NCBI GenBank assembly: GCA_965247115.1
Contig: CBDFGR010000003.1
Coordinates: 1,987,867 to 2,051,866, forward strand
From: Myxococcota bacterium
Lineage (GTDB): Bacteria; Myxococcota_A; UBA9160; SZUA-336
DNA length: 64,000 nucleotides
Direction of reading: 5' to 3'
Each line of letters starts with the position of its first letter. The first letter of the stretch is position 1. Position numbers and translations under genes: made by a program. Under the pieces are notes generated by a model that was given only the letters and a program-made list of their open reading frames with translations, made no database searches and was not told the DNA's origin. Positions 47,522 to 57,776 of this stretch are shown here, piece after piece.

Positions 47522-49264
47522 ATGCGAAACGAGATCTTCGTGAACGCGGCGCTGCGCGAGACGCGCGTCGCCCTTCACGAGGCGGACAAGTTCGTCGAAC
47601 TCCACATCGAGCGCGCCAACGAGCGCGGCGTAGTCGGGGGGATCTACAAGGGTAGGGTCACCCGGGTCCTGCCCGGGATGCAGGCCGCGTTCGTGGACAT
47701 CGGTCTGGAAAGGGCCGGCTTCCTGTACGTGGGTGACTACCGCGCCGACTTGGACGGCGCGACCCTGGACGACGACGGGAACGGAGAGGCGTCCTCCGGC
47801 AGGGGCCGCAATGGTCCCCAGCCCCAGATCGAGGACGTTCTCGAGGAAGGGCGCGAGATCGTCGTCCAGGTCTCCAAGGAGCCGCTCGGCTCCAAGGGAG
47901 CCCGAATCACCTCGCGGATCGCGCTCCCCGGACGACACCTCGTCCTCATGCCCTGGGTCTCCCGGGTCGGGGTCTCGCGCCGGATCGGCGGGGATCGCGA
48001 GCGGCGCCGACTGCGCTCGATCGTCGAGAAGCTGCGGCCGCCTGAGCTCGGCTTCATCGTGCGAACCGTCTCCCACGGCGTGAACGACGCCGACATCAAA
48101 GCCGACATCGACTACCTCGTAAGCCTGTGGAATGGCATCCAGAAGGACCTGAGCGAGGCCGTAGAGGTGCCGAGCCTGATCTACCGCGAGCCACCTCTGC
48201 ACCTTCGGGTGCTGCGCGATCTGGCGACGCGTGAGACCAAACAGATCTTCATCGACAACGCGGACGCATACGGCGAGATGCAGGAGTTCGTCCAGAACTT
48301 CATGGCAGCTCCCCGGCCCCGGATCAACTTCTACGACAAGGAGGAGCCGCTATTCGATGCCAAGCGCGTCGAGGCCGCCATCGAGGAGGGACTGGGACGA
48401 AAGGTCTTCTTGAAGTCGGGCGGGCATCTGGTGTTTGACCAGAGCGAGGCACTCACGGCCATCGACGTCAACACGGGTCGTTACACGGGGGGCAAGGGCA
48501 GGAACCTGGAGGACACGATCCTCAAGACAAACCTGGAGGCGGTCCGCGAGATCGTCCACCAGCTCCGCTTCCGGAACATCGGCGGCCTGATCATCCTCGA
48601 CCTGATCGACATGGATGTGGCCGCCAACCGCGAGAAGGTCTACCGGGCGCTGACGGACGCGCTGCGTGAGGACAAGTCGAGAGTCAACCTGCTCAAGATC
48701 TCCGAGCTCGGACTCGTGGAGATGACGCGCAAGCGCACGCGGGAGAGCCTGCCGCAGCAGCTCTGCGAGCCCTGCTCCACCTGCGAGGGCAAGGGCTACA
48801 TGCAGTCCGCACAGACCCTATCCAACAGGATCCTGCGGGAGCTTCCAAAGGCTGTGCGCTATCTGCGCGGCGACGCCCTCCGCGTCCACGCACACCCGGA
48901 GGTTACCGAGATTCTGCTGGGAGAGGCCATGAGCTCTCTCGATCTGATCCAGGACCGGATCGGACGCCAGGTCTTTGTCGAGGCGGAGCCCGACTTCCAC
49001 GTCGAGCAGTATGAGATCCGCTCGGCGGTCGCTACCGAGCCCCGCGTGAAGCGCGAGCCCGAGCCCCCACCGGAGCCGGCTGGCCTGGCCGCTGACGAGT
49101 CCGAGGAGGACACGGCCGTCGATATCGTCGCAAGCGCCGAGCCCGCAGCGGACCCCCCAACCGAAGCGGCAGCAACGGAGGTCGAGACTCCCGAGACGGA
49201 CACCCAGAGCGAGACGGACACCCCACCGGACGAGTCCCACCTGGGCTCGGAAGCGAGCTCCTAG
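47522..49264 (+). CDS. Ribonuclease E/G family endoribonuclease with acidic C-terminal tail
   Basis: The ATG at 47522 (MRNEIFVNAAL…) gives the S1/RNase E catalytic core (…IYKGRVTRVLPGMQAAFVDIGLERAGFL…) followed by an E/D/P/T-rich tail. Confidence 0.8.
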   Translation: MRNEIFVNAALRETRVALHEADKFVELHIERANERGVVGGIYKGRVTRVLPGMQAAFVDIGLERAGFLYVGDYRADLDGATLDDDGNGEASSGRGRNGPQPQIEDVLEEGREIVVQVSKEPLGSKGARITSRIALPGRHLVLMPWVSRVGVSRRIGGDRERRRLRSIVEKLRPPELGFIVRTVSHGVNDADIKADIDYLVSLWNGIQKDLSEAVEVPSLIYREPPLHLRVLRDLATRETKQIFIDNADAYGEMQEFVQNFMAAPRPRINFYDKEEPLFDAKRVEAAIEEGLGRKVFLKSGGHLVFDQSEALTAIDVNTGRYTGGKGRNLEDTILKTNLEAVREIVHQLRFRNIGGLIILDLIDMDVAANREKVYRALTDALREDKSRVNLLKISELGLVEMTRKRTRESLPQQLCEPCSTCEGKGYMQSAQTLSNRILRELPKAVRYLRGDALRVHAHPEVTEILLGEAMSSLDLIQDRIGRQVFVEAEPDFHVEQYEIRSAVATEPRVKREPEPPPEPAGLAADESEEDTAVDIVASAEPAADPPTEAAATEVETPETDTQSETDTPPDESHLGSEASS

Positions 49265-50238
49265 CGGTAGCGAACGGTGTCCACGCGGCGGGACGCGCCT
49301 TCGCCGCTGACTTCGATCTTGTACTGGGGCTCGAAGCCCAGGATGTTCGCTGCAAGACCGGTGTCCAGGACGACGCCGTAGCGACACCAGCCGTTGTCGC
49401 CGTGGCTGCCCCGGCCCAGCAGCGACTTGAGCAGGGAGAGCGAGTCCCCGATGACCGGGGGGAGCGTGATGGGGCCGAGGCGGCGGCCCTCCGCTCGCAG
49501 CTCGGAGCGGGGAAAGACGTCGCGTCCGGCGATGTTGTAGATGCCGGGCCGATCGGAGTGCAACGCCAGCACGAGAGCGCGCGCCACATCCCGATCCGCC
49601 ACCAGCGAGACCAGCGGATCGAAGCCAAGGTACCCCAGTCCCCGCTCCAGCGGCGGGGAGTGCACAAACTCGCCAGCATCCGTGACGATCGTCGCGGCCC
49701 GCAGGATGGTCATCTTGAGCCTCGGGTTATTCAGCTCCCCCTGGCAGATGAGATCCGCGTCGATCCAGGCACGCACCTCCGGATCGAGCTCCGCCTCGAA
49801 GCCGAGCAGCTGGCCCTCGCTCATGACGTTCGAGCTGCCCGGCTCCGGCTGGTAGACGAAGCCGGACGACAGGTAGATGAAGCGCTCGACGCCCGCTTGC
49901 TCGAGGGACTCGGCCACGAGCCGGCGCGTTTCCGAGACCAGGCTCGGCACGTTTCCTGGGATGTGCTCACCCGCGCTCTCCGCGCAGAAGCTCAGATGAA
50001 TGACCGAGTCGATACCCGCCGTCGCGAAGCGCTCGGAGTGAACGAAGTTCGAGAGGTGGCGAGCCCGCGCCAGGTCGATGCGCTCGTACACGCACTTGTC
50101 GCGGTACGGCTCGAGGAAGCTCGGCGTGGGTCCCGTACCCGTGCCCAGCACTAGGTCCACCTCGATGTCGTGGTAGAGGGCCTTCACCAGCCTGCGGCCC
50201 ACGAACGAGTCCACGTGCGTCACCAGGACCCTGCGCAT
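49261..50238 (-). CDS. NAD-dependent epimerase/dehydratase family protein (extended SDR)
   Basis: N-terminal Rossmann fold (VLVTHVDSFVGRRL) and the YxxxK region. Its stop overlaps the rne-like stop on the opposite strand. Confidence 0.65.
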   Translation of the reverse strand: MRRVLVTHVDSFVGRRLVKALYHDIEVDLVLGTGTGPTPSFLEPYRDKCVYERIDLARARHLSNFVHSERFATAGIDSVIHLSFCAESAGEHIPGNVPSLVSETRRLVAESLEQAGVERFIYLSSGFVYQPEPGSSNVMSEGQLLGFEAELDPEVRAWIDADLICQGELNNPRLKMTILRAATIVTDAGEFVHSPPLERGLGYLGFDPLVSLVADRDVARALVLALHSDRPGIYNIAGRDVFPRSELRAEGRRLGPITLPPVIGDSLSLLKSLLGRGSHGDNGWCRYGVVLDTGLAANILGFEPQYKIEVSGEGASRRVDTVRYR

Positions 50239-51245
50239 CAGCCTTGCCCGCGCCGTGCGCTCACTCCCGCGTCCACCAGGTCTTGGATACGCTGCTTGAC
50301 CTGCTCCGCCATGTACCGAAGCGCGTGGGGGTCGTCGAGCGCCGAGAGCGGGAATTCCTCGTGGAAGCGGAACGGCTCGCCGTACGTGATCTCGTACTTG
50401 ACGGGATAGGGGAGCAGCCCGAGCGGTCCGAGCAGGGGAAAGGTCGGCGTGATCGGAAAGAAGGGGAGTCCAAGCAGCCTGGCCAGCGGCTTCACGTCGT
50501 ACAGGATGGGCGCCTGGTCATCCGCGCCAATGATCGCGACGGGAATGATCATCGTGCGATTCCGGAGCGACTCCTCGATGAAACCGAGACCGAAGCGCTG
50601 CAAGACATAGCGCTCGGCGGCGAGCTTGCGCGCTCCCGCCATGCCCTCGGGGAATACGAGGACGATCTGCTCACGACACAGGAGCTCGCGGAAATTGTCG
50701 CGCGTGCCGACCACCTGGCCCACCCGCGAGAGGAAGACGTTGACGAAGGGAACGGTCCCCGCCCAGCGATCCACGATGGCTCGCGTCAGCCGGGGAGGAT
50801 TCGCGCGCAGTACCAGGTCCGTGACCACCATCGTGCCATCGAAGGGCAGGAGGCCCCCGTGGTTGGCGGCCAGGATGGCCGCACCCTTCTCCGGGATCAC
50901 TGCGTGTCCGCTGCTCTCCACGCGGAAGTAGTGCCGGTAGAGCTGTTTGAAGAGCCCCAACGCGCGCCTGGCGACGCGCGGATTCAGACCGAGCGCGTCG
51001 TAGGGATGCTCCTCGAACTCCGCGAGCACAGCGGAGGCCCGCTCCTCGAAGGGCGGAACCTCTGGCACAGGGGGTCCGAGATCTACACTTTTCGGTGTGG
51101 GATCGAGTCCCCGCCTGGGAGACCCTTCGGGAGGTATGCCGCCACCGCGCCGCTCCCGCAGGCGACTGAGGTACGGGATGGTGCCGTCACTCAGCGCAAA
51201 GGGATCGCTACCAAGTGCCTTCTCTCTCGGACCGGATCCACTCAT
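50238..51245 (-). CDS. Lysophospholipid (1-acyl-sn-glycerol-3-phosphate-like) acyltransferase
   Basis: HX4D acyltransferase motif (AANHGGLLPFDG) and an FPEG block (VFPEGMAG). Confidence 0.7.
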   Translation of the reverse strand: MSGSGPREKALGSDPFALSDGTIPYLSRLRERRGGGIPPEGSPRRGLDPTPKSVDLGPPVPEVPPFEERASAVLAEFEEHPYDALGLNPRVARRALGLFKQLYRHYFRVESSGHAVIPEKGAAILAANHGGLLPFDGTMVVTDLVLRANPPRLTRAIVDRWAGTVPFVNVFLSRVGQVVGTRDNFRELLCREQIVLVFPEGMAGARKLAAERYVLQRFGLGFIEESLRNRTMIIPVAIIGADDQAPILYDVKPLARLLGLPFFPITPTFPLLGPLGLLPYPVKYEITYGEPFRFHEEFPLSALDDPHALRYMAEQVKQRIQDLVDAGVSARRGQG

Positions 51246-52055
51246 TCGAGGCCCAGCCTCGGGCCGACGGCCAGTAGCTCCTCCGCAACGTCGGAGAGTC
51301 CCAGGGCGAGCTTGGAACGGGGAGCGTGCTCGAAGATCGTCTTGGAGCGACTCTGAGCCTCGTCGATCGACACGGAGTAGCCGAGCACCGTCTTCGAAAG
51401 CTGCTCGGGGAAGTGCTTGCGCAGCTTCTCCAGGATCTCCCGAGCCATCCGCGTCCGGCGCGCAAAGGTGGGGACCACCAGCGAGATCACGAGCTCGGGG
51501 TGATCGAAGCGGCTGCGTACCATCTCGACGGTGCGCGAGATTTCCGCCGCGCCGTCGAGCGCGAGATACGTCAGCGGTACCGGCAGCAGGATCTCGGTTG
51601 CCGCCAGGAGCACGTTCAGTGTGATCGATCCGAAGGAGGGAGGCGCATCGAAGAAGATGAAGTCGTAGCTCTTCGTGCGCTCGAGTGCGGTGCGCAGACA
51701 GTAATACTCGTCCTGCTCGAGGTTGGCGGCCTCCGCGGGGAACAACGCCAGGGACTTGTTCGAGGGCACGAGGTCCAGGTTGGGATGACGCGCGCGGATC
51801 GCGGGAAGCGCGGGCCGCGTCTCCTCACCGATCACCGCGTCGAGCAGCAGGTCCAAGGCCGTCCTCCGCACCGCGCCGACGTCGATCCCGAGCACCTTGC
51901 CGAGCTGCCCCTGGGGATCCAGGTCTACCAGCAGCACGCGCTTTCCGTGCTCGCGGGCGAGATAGTCTCCGACGCTGGAGGTCAGCGTGGTCTTGCAGCT
52001 GCCCCCCTTCTCGTTAATGACGGCGATCCTACGCGTGATGGCCCGAGCCCCCCAT
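51242..52055 (-). CDS. ParA/Soj-family ATPase (start region disrupted; needs -1 nt in a G6 run to use the ATG at about 52055)
   Basis: The Walker A box (RIAVINEKGGSCKTT) is encoded in frame upstream of the first canonical start (track start GTG 51937). The ATG preceding the G6 run is in the -1 frame. No ATG/GTG/TTG follows the upstream TGA in the ParA frame. Confidence 0.6.
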
Positions 52056-52131
52056 GGCCAAGCGGACGCACCCCTTCTTCCGCCCTCGGTTGGTATTTCA
52101 CCGCGGACGGATTGTCAATCGTGCGCAGCTT

Positions 52132-52947
52132 CTAGCCGGAGGAACGCTCCAGGGCTTGGCGCGCCTCGCGGCTGAGCTCCGCGGTGTGGGCGAGGCGGAC
52201 TGGGGTGATCGACACCCGACCTTCGCGCAACGCGGCCACGTCGGTCGCGGCGTGTGCATCCGCCTCGTTCCGAAGCTCCCCCTCGTAGTCGTGGACGAAG
52301 ACCCCGTCGGCCTTGCGGCGAAACAGTGAGCGGTAGCCGACCGCGGCGAGCTCCGTGAGCGCACGAGGGGTGTCGGGCCCCGCACCGACGGGAAAGTTGA
52401 TACTCAGCAGGTCCGCCTCGGCAGGGAACCCGGTTTCGCGGATGGTGCGGGTGATGTCCGTCGCGAGCGCAGCCGCGCGCTCCCAGATCTCGCGCGACTC
52501 GGGTGCGGCGACCGTCCCCTTCCAGTCGCGATCGTGGCCCTGGACCCCGACGGAGAAGGCCAGTGCCGGAACCCCAGCAATCCACCCCTCCATCGCCGCA
52601 CCGATGGTTCCGCTCGACAGAAAGAAGCCGAGGCCACTGTTGAGGCCGATGTTCACTCCCGAGACCACGAGCTCGGGTGGACCCTCGAAGAGCGAGTGCA
52701 CGCCGAGGTTCGTGCAGTCGGCGGGGTAACCTCCCACGGCGAGGATCTCGATCCCCTCCCGCTCCACGCGCTCCACGCGAATATCGTCCCAGCGGGAGAT
52801 CGCCTTGCCGATCCAGCTGCACTCCGCGGCGGGAACTGCGACCCGCACGGGGCCTAGCTCGCGCAGGGCACGGACCAGGGGAAGCAGCGCCGGAGAGTCG
52901 ACGCCGTCATCGTTGGTGACGAGGATGTACCCCACGGGCCGCAGCAT
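52132..52947 (-). CDS. surE: 5'/3'-nucleotidase SurE
   Basis: N-terminal ILVTNDDGVDSP and …VVSGVNIGLNSG… motifs. Confidence 0.85.
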   Translation of the reverse strand: MLRPVGYILVTNDDGVDSPALLPLVRALRELGPVRVAVPAAECSWIGKAISRWDDIRVERVEREGIEILAVGGYPADCTNLGVHSLFEGPPELVVSGVNIGLNSGLGFFLSSGTIGAAMEGWIAGVPALAFSVGVQGHDRDWKGTVAAPESREIWERAAALATDITRTIRETGFPAEADLLSINFPVGAGPDTPRALTELAAVGYRSLFRRKADGVFVHDYEGELRNEADAHAATDVAALREGRVSITPVRLAHTAELSREARQALERSSG

Positions 52948-53006
52948 ACCTGCAGGAGCCCGCGCTCTGCGAGCGCATTTGCCGTGCCGGGCGGTAGAGT
53001 ACTGCG

Positions 53007-53585
53007 GTGCGGCTCGACGAAATCAGAGCGCGAATTCGCGCACACGACGCAGCTCTCGCCGAGCCTTCGAACGGCGCGAGGCAGGCAGCCGTCGCGCTGA
53101 TCCTTCACGAACCTCCGGGAAGCTCGGCCGAGATCCTCTTCATCGAACGCGCGACGCGCGAGGGCGACCCGTGGTCGGGCCAGATGGCGCTGCCCGGCGG
53201 ACGCCGCGATCCCGAAGACGGGGATCTCCAGACCACGGCTGCCCGCGAGACGCTCGAGGAGGTAGGGGTCCCGCTGCGTGCGCCACTGGGCCGACTCGAC
53301 GACTTCTCGGGCAACCGCCCCCGGGTCCCGCAGATCATCGTCTCACCGTACGTGTACGAGCTGGAAGAGCGACCGCGCGTGACGATCAATCACGAGGTGA
53401 GCTCGGCAGTCTGGATCCCCGTGGAGTGGATCCTGGCGCCCAAATCCTCGGTCCGGTACGCCTTCGACGGCGAGGCGACCGATGAGACCTTTCCCGGCAT
53501 CCGCTACGACCGCTACACGGTATGGGGTCTGACCTATCGTATCCTCACGAACTTCTTCGAGATCCTCGGACGCGAGCTGCGCTAG
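53007..53585 (+). CDS. NUDIX hydrolase (CoA pyrophosphatase-like)
   Basis: Nudix box GGRRDPEDGDLQTTAARETLEEVGV. Confidence 0.75.
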   Translation: MRLDEIRARIRAHDAALAEPSNGARQAAVALILHEPPGSSAEILFIERATREGDPWSGQMALPGGRRDPEDGDLQTTAARETLEEVGVPLRAPLGRLDDFSGNRPRVPQIIVSPYVYELEERPRVTINHEVSSAVWIPVEWILAPKSSVRYAFDGEATDETFPGIRYDRYTVWGLTYRILTNFFEILGRELR

Positions 53586-53597
53586 GTCTGCGCCCTC

Positions 53598-54764
53598 TCA
53601 GCCCCGATAGGGTCCCCGGAGCTCGGGCTTGAGCGTGGCGCCGGCTCGGAACAGATCGAGTGGCGAGGAGCCCTCGAGAACCTCCTCTGGTGCGCGACCC
53701 TGAACGCGGGCCAGCTCGCGCAGCCCGGTGTCGATGCCCTCCACGGCCTTCTCGAGTGCCAGGGGAACCGAGTCGGGATCGGAGAGCTGGAGCCGGTCCG
53801 CGACCGCGATCGAGTTCGCCACTGCCAGGACGTAGCCCAGCAGGTCACCAGCGACGCCGGAGGGCAGCGCGGACAGAGCCTCGCCCAGCAGGCTGCCTCG
53901 GAGCTGCTTCGGCAGGTCGATGCTGCGGACCAGGTCCCGGCTGTACTCGACGTCCTCGGCTCCCTCGACGTTCTCCGGGCTGAGCGAGCGGTAGACGCGC
54001 ATGGCCTGTTCGCGATCGGGGAAGCCCAGATCCTGAAGTCGAGCGACCCGCCAGCGCAGCGCGTGCTCCTCCATGTCTGCGGAGGACTCGAAGATCAGCC
54101 CGTACACGATCCGCCAGTACAACGCCTGGTCCCCATCAAACGCGGCGTGAACTGTTTCGTGCACCCGGTGCGGGGACATTCCTTCGGGCACTTCGAAGTA
54201 GACCATGCCGTCGGGAGTGAAGCTGCCGTCGGGTGGGTCATCTTCCTTGCCGACGACGGCGATGGAGGTCTCCGACCGCAACACGATCAGCCACAGCTCC
54301 AGATCGGTGGCAGCCAGCGCTCTCGTGAGCGTCGGCCGCCCGGCCTCGATCAACGCATCGAGCCACTCCTGCACGCGCTGGATCTGGAGCTCGTAGCCCT
54401 CCCAGCAATCCAGGTCGAAGCAGGCCACGAGCTGGGGAACGGTGGCCAGCTCGACCAGCCAGCCCGCCTCGCTCATCCCACCCGAGCGGATGGTGTGAAC
54501 GAAGTCTGCCTCGGGGAGCAGCGGCACGACCTGCTCGGGACTGTCGCAGAGCATCAGGAACTCGCTGCGCAGCTCTGGACGGAGCTCGCTGCAGGCGCGG
54601 CCCTGCTCTTCGGGAGCGAGGCGCCGCAGCTGGCTCAGCGCCACCGGGCGATCGCGTCGGGCGAGGAGCAGCAGCTCCGTTCCAGACAAGGATTCGTCCG
54701 TTCCGGACACGGCTTCGTCCGTTCCGGACGCGGCGGCAGCGGGGTGCGTCGGCCGTTCAGCCAC
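53598..54764 (-). CDS. Hypothetical protein with N-terminal 7-aa tandem repeats
   Basis: Conserved-looking C-terminal two-thirds. The N-terminal part of the track ORF overlaps lon and is low-complexity. A GTG at 54764 is proposed as the start, with low certainty. Confidence 0.45.
   Translation of the reverse strand: MAERPTHPAAAASGTDEAVSGTDESLSGTELLLLARRDRPVALSQLRRLAPEEQGRACSELRPELRSEFLMLCDSPEQVVPLLPEADFVHTIRSGGMSEAGWLVELATVPQLVACFDLDCWEGYELQIQRVQEWLDALIEAGRPTLTRALAATDLELWLIVLRSETSIAVVGKEDDPPDGSFTPDGMVYFEVPEGMSPHRVHETVHAAFDGDQALYWRIVYGLIFESSADMEEHALRWRVARLQDLGFPDREQAMRVYRSLSPENVEGAEDVEYSRDLVRSIDLPKQLRGSLLGEALSALPSGVAGDLLGYVLAVANSIAVADRLQLSDPDSVPLALEKAVEGIDTGLRELARVQGRAPEEVLEGSSPLDLFRAGATLKPELRGPYRG
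54672..54734. repeat. Three tandem 21-nt repeats (TTCGTCCGTTCCGGAC(A/G)CGGC) inside a CDS
   Basis: Direct reading of the sequence. On the minus strand they encode SGTDE(A/S)(V/L) heptad repeats. Confidence 0.7.
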
Positions 54765-57114
54765 CGAGCTGGAGCGCCTCCCGGATGGCGTCCATCGACT
54801 CGTCGACGAACGTGAACTTGAAGGCGTCGCGCACGTCGGCCGGAACCTCCTCCAAGTCCTTCTCGTTGCGCCTCGACAGGATGAGCTCCTTGATCTCCGC
54901 GCGGTGCGCGGCGAGCACTTTCTCCTTGATGCCCGAGACCGGGAGCACCTGGCCACGCAGCGTGATCTCGCCGGTCATGGCCAGGTCGCCGCGCACGGGC
55001 CGGTCGGTCAGCAGGCTCGCCAGCGCGACCAGGATCGTGATGCCCGCTGACGGTCCTTCCTTGCGCATCCCACCCGCCGGAACGTGCACGTGGATCCGAT
55101 TCTTCTCGAAGACATCCTCGTCGATCAACAGGGCGTCGGCATTGGAACGAAGGTAGGACAGCGCTGCGTCCGCCGACTCCTGCATGACCTCTCCGAGCTG
55201 TCCCGTGAGTTGCAGACCAGGCTTGCCTTCCATCTTCGCGGCCTCGACGAAGACGATGTCGCCGCCGGCTGGCGTCCAGACCAATCCTGTCGAAACTCCT
55301 GGCCCGTGCGTGCGCTCGGCGAGCTCGCGCGTGAACGGGGGCGGACCAAGCAGATCGGGCACATCTGCCGCCGCGAGCCGTGGCGCGGACTCACCCTCCG
55401 CGATGCGCAGGGCCAACTTGCGCACCAACGCAGCGATCTGCCGCTCGAGGCTGCGCACACCTGCCTCGCGTGTGTAGCCCTCGATGGTCTCCAGCAGAAC
55501 GTCGTCCCCGAGCTCCACGGCTGCCTCTCGGAGCCCGTGCTCGAGCAGCTGACGCGGCACGAGGAATGCTTTTGCGATGCGCAGCTTCTCGCGCACCGTG
55601 TAGCCAGGCAGCTCGATCGTCTCCATCCGGTCGAGCAACGGCGGCGGGATCGTATCGGTCCGATTCGCCGTTGCGATGAAGAGCACCTTCGAAAGGTCGA
55701 AGGCGATCTCCAGGTAGTGATCGCTGAAGCTCGAGTTCTGCTCCGGGTCGAGCACCTCGAGCAGTGCCGAGGACGGGTCTCCGCGGTAGTCCGTACCCAC
55801 CTTGTCGATCTCGTCGAGCACGAAGACGGGATTGCGGGTGCCGGCCTTCTTCAAGTTCTGGAGAATGCGACCCGGCATTGCGCCGACGTAGGTGCGCCGG
55901 TGTCCGCGGATCTCGGCCTCGTCGCGCATCCCGCCGAGCGAGCTGCGCGCGAACTGGCGACCCATGGCGCGGGCGATCGACTTGCCGAGCGAGGTTTTGC
56001 CCACGCCGGGCGGCCCGACGAAGCACAGGATCGGACCCTTGGGATCGTCGACCAGGTGGCGCACCGCGAGGTACTCCAGGATGCGTTCTTTGACGTTCTC
56101 GAGCCCGTAGTGATCCTCATCGAGGATCCGATGCGCGTGCGCGAGATCCAGGTTGTCTTCGCTCTCCTCCTCCCAGGGCAGATCGAGGATCCAGTCCAGG
56201 TAGGTGCGCGAGACGGAGCGTTCCGGGGAGTGCGAGGGGATGCCGTCGAGCCGGTTGATCTCGCGCTCGGCCACCTCGCGGGCGTCGTCGGATAGACGCG
56301 CCTCTTCGAGGCGCTCGCGCAGCTCGTCGCCCTCAGAGCTCTGCTCGTCGGCCTCGCCGAGCTCTTCGCGGATCTTGCCGAGCTGCTCGCGGAGCAGCTT
56401 GTGGCGCTCGGAGTCGTCGAGTTCTCCTGCAGCGCGTTCCTGGAAGGTTCGCGACACTTCGGCGACTCGGACCTCGCGCATGAGATAGCGCATGAGAACA
56501 CGAAGCCGCGCGAGCACATCGGGCTGTGCCAGGAGCGCCGCCTTGTCCTCGAGCGAGAGGCCCTCAGCCTGAAACGCGATCATGTCCGACAGACGAGCCG
56601 GATCCGTGTAGCGCTCGAGCAGCTCGATGGCCTCGTCTGGCAGATCCGGTCGCAGCGCGACCAGCTCTCGGCAGAGGCGCTGCACGCTTCGCCGCGCGGC
56701 CTCCGCCTCGGGCCGCTCATCGAGGAGATCACGGATCAGGCTAAAACGCACGCGCTGGACCGCGTCCTTCTCGACCAGCTCCAGAATCTCGAAGCGCGCG
56801 AGCCCAACGACCACGACGGAGAGGCCGGAGCCCGCCTCGACGACGTGCAGCACCTTGGTCACGCAGCCGGCGTCGAAGAGATCCTCCACACCCGGCTGCT
56901 CGACGTCCGGGACCCGCTGCGGCACCACGGCGAGCAGCCCGCCATCCTTGGTCGCGGCCCGAACCGCTGCGAGAGAGGCCGGGCGCCCGACACTGAGGGG
57001 AATGGTCACACCCGGAAACACCACCGTGTTTCGCACGGGCAGCATAGGAAGCTCAGTGGGAATTTCGAGCTTCTCACCGGCCGCGTCGATCGTGAAATGG
57101 GCGTCTTCAGCCAC
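54757..57114 (-). CDS. lon: ATP-dependent Lon protease (LonA)
   Basis: N-terminal LON domain, AAA+ Walker A (GPPGVGKTS) and the protease domain with catalytic Ser in GPSAG. Confidence 0.9.
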   Translation of the reverse strand: MAEDAHFTIDAAGEKLEIPTELPMLPVRNTVVFPGVTIPLSVGRPASLAAVRAATKDGGLLAVVPQRVPDVEQPGVEDLFDAGCVTKVLHVVEAGSGLSVVVVGLARFEILELVEKDAVQRVRFSLIRDLLDERPEAEAARRSVQRLCRELVALRPDLPDEAIELLERYTDPARLSDMIAFQAEGLSLEDKAALLAQPDVLARLRVLMRYLMREVRVAEVSRTFQERAAGELDDSERHKLLREQLGKIREELGEADEQSSEGDELRERLEEARLSDDAREVAEREINRLDGIPSHSPERSVSRTYLDWILDLPWEEESEDNLDLAHAHRILDEDHYGLENVKERILEYLAVRHLVDDPKGPILCFVGPPGVGKTSLGKSIARAMGRQFARSSLGGMRDEAEIRGHRRTYVGAMPGRILQNLKKAGTRNPVFVLDEIDKVGTDYRGDPSSALLEVLDPEQNSSFSDHYLEIAFDLSKVLFIATANRTDTIPPPLLDRMETIELPGYTVREKLRIAKAFLVPRQLLEHGLREAAVELGDDVLLETIEGYTREAGVRSLERQIAALVRKLALRIAEGESAPRLAAADVPDLLGPPPFTRELAERTHGPGVSTGLVWTPAGGDIVFVEAAKMEGKPGLQLTGQLGEVMQESADAALSYLRSNADALLIDEDVFEKNRIHVHVPAGGMRKEGPSAGITILVALASLLTDRPVRGDLAMTGEITLRGQVLPVSGIKEKVLAAHRAEIKELILSRRNEKDLEEVPADVRDAFKFTFVDESMDAIREALQLGG

Positions 57115-57155
57115 AGGCCGCCAAGACTAGGTACCGCGAGGTCGGGGTCAAGTTG

Positions 57156-57668
57156 CTAGTCGCCGGTGAGGCGGATGAAGTTGAGGGTTTTGATGCCTCG
57201 GATGCGGCGGATGCCACGGATGAGGGCGCTGACCAGGCGCCAGCCCGGGAGGGCGCCCGCCAGGGTGACGTTCGAGTCCTCGACGGTGATGTCGATCATG
57301 GGGCGCACCGGGGCGAGCTCCGAGTCCTCGGCGATCTTGGCCTCTATCTCGGCCAGCAGCGCCTCGTCCGGCGGCGAGTCGACAGTGGCCGGTACGACGC
57401 GGATGCGATTGCGCACCTCGTTGACGCCGCCCACTTCGCGAGCGATCTCGTCGGCCCGGGTCCGGAGATCATCCGTAGCGACACTGCCGGAGAGTGTCAT
57501 CGCGCCCTCGGCGGTGCGGACCTCCACATCGATCATGCCCGGCTCACGATAGAAGAGCTGCTGGGCCTTGAGGGTGCTGGGCTCATCGGAGCCCTGAGCC
57601 GGACGGCTCACACTCCCGATGGCCAGGAACGCAAGTGGGATGACCAGAACGCGGAGTGCCCGCTTCAT
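57156..57668 (-). CDS. BON-domain periplasmic protein (OsmY-like)
   Basis: Signal peptide from the internal ATG (MKRALRVLVIPLAFLAIGS) and two BON-like repeats. Confidence 0.6.
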   Translation of the reverse strand: MKRALRVLVIPLAFLAIGSVSRPAQGSDEPSTLKAQQLFYREPGMIDVEVRTAEGAMTLSGSVATDDLRTRADEIAREVGGVNEVRNRIRVVPATVDSPPDEALLAEIEAKIAEDSELAPVRPMIDITVEDSNVTLAGALPGWRLVSALIRGIRRIRGIKTLNFIRLTGD

Positions 57669-57776
57669 GCTCCCCTCTGTGGCTTCCGATCTCCCTCGAC
57701 TGCACAGGCTAGTCGTCAATGGCCTGCCAGGTCAACCAGTTAGCCGAATTCCGGCCACAATTCGTTCGAGCGCGGC

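Noticed and set aside
47522-49264. Calling the RNase E/G homologue specifically rne or rng
   Set aside because: The catalytic core is clear, but the 580-aa length with an acidic tail is intermediate between the two. Only the family is assigned.
51242-51937. Accepting the track start (GTG 51937) for the ParA-like gene
   Set aside because: It would remove the Walker-A P-loop, which is encoded in frame immediately upstream, so the track start cannot be the biological N-terminus.
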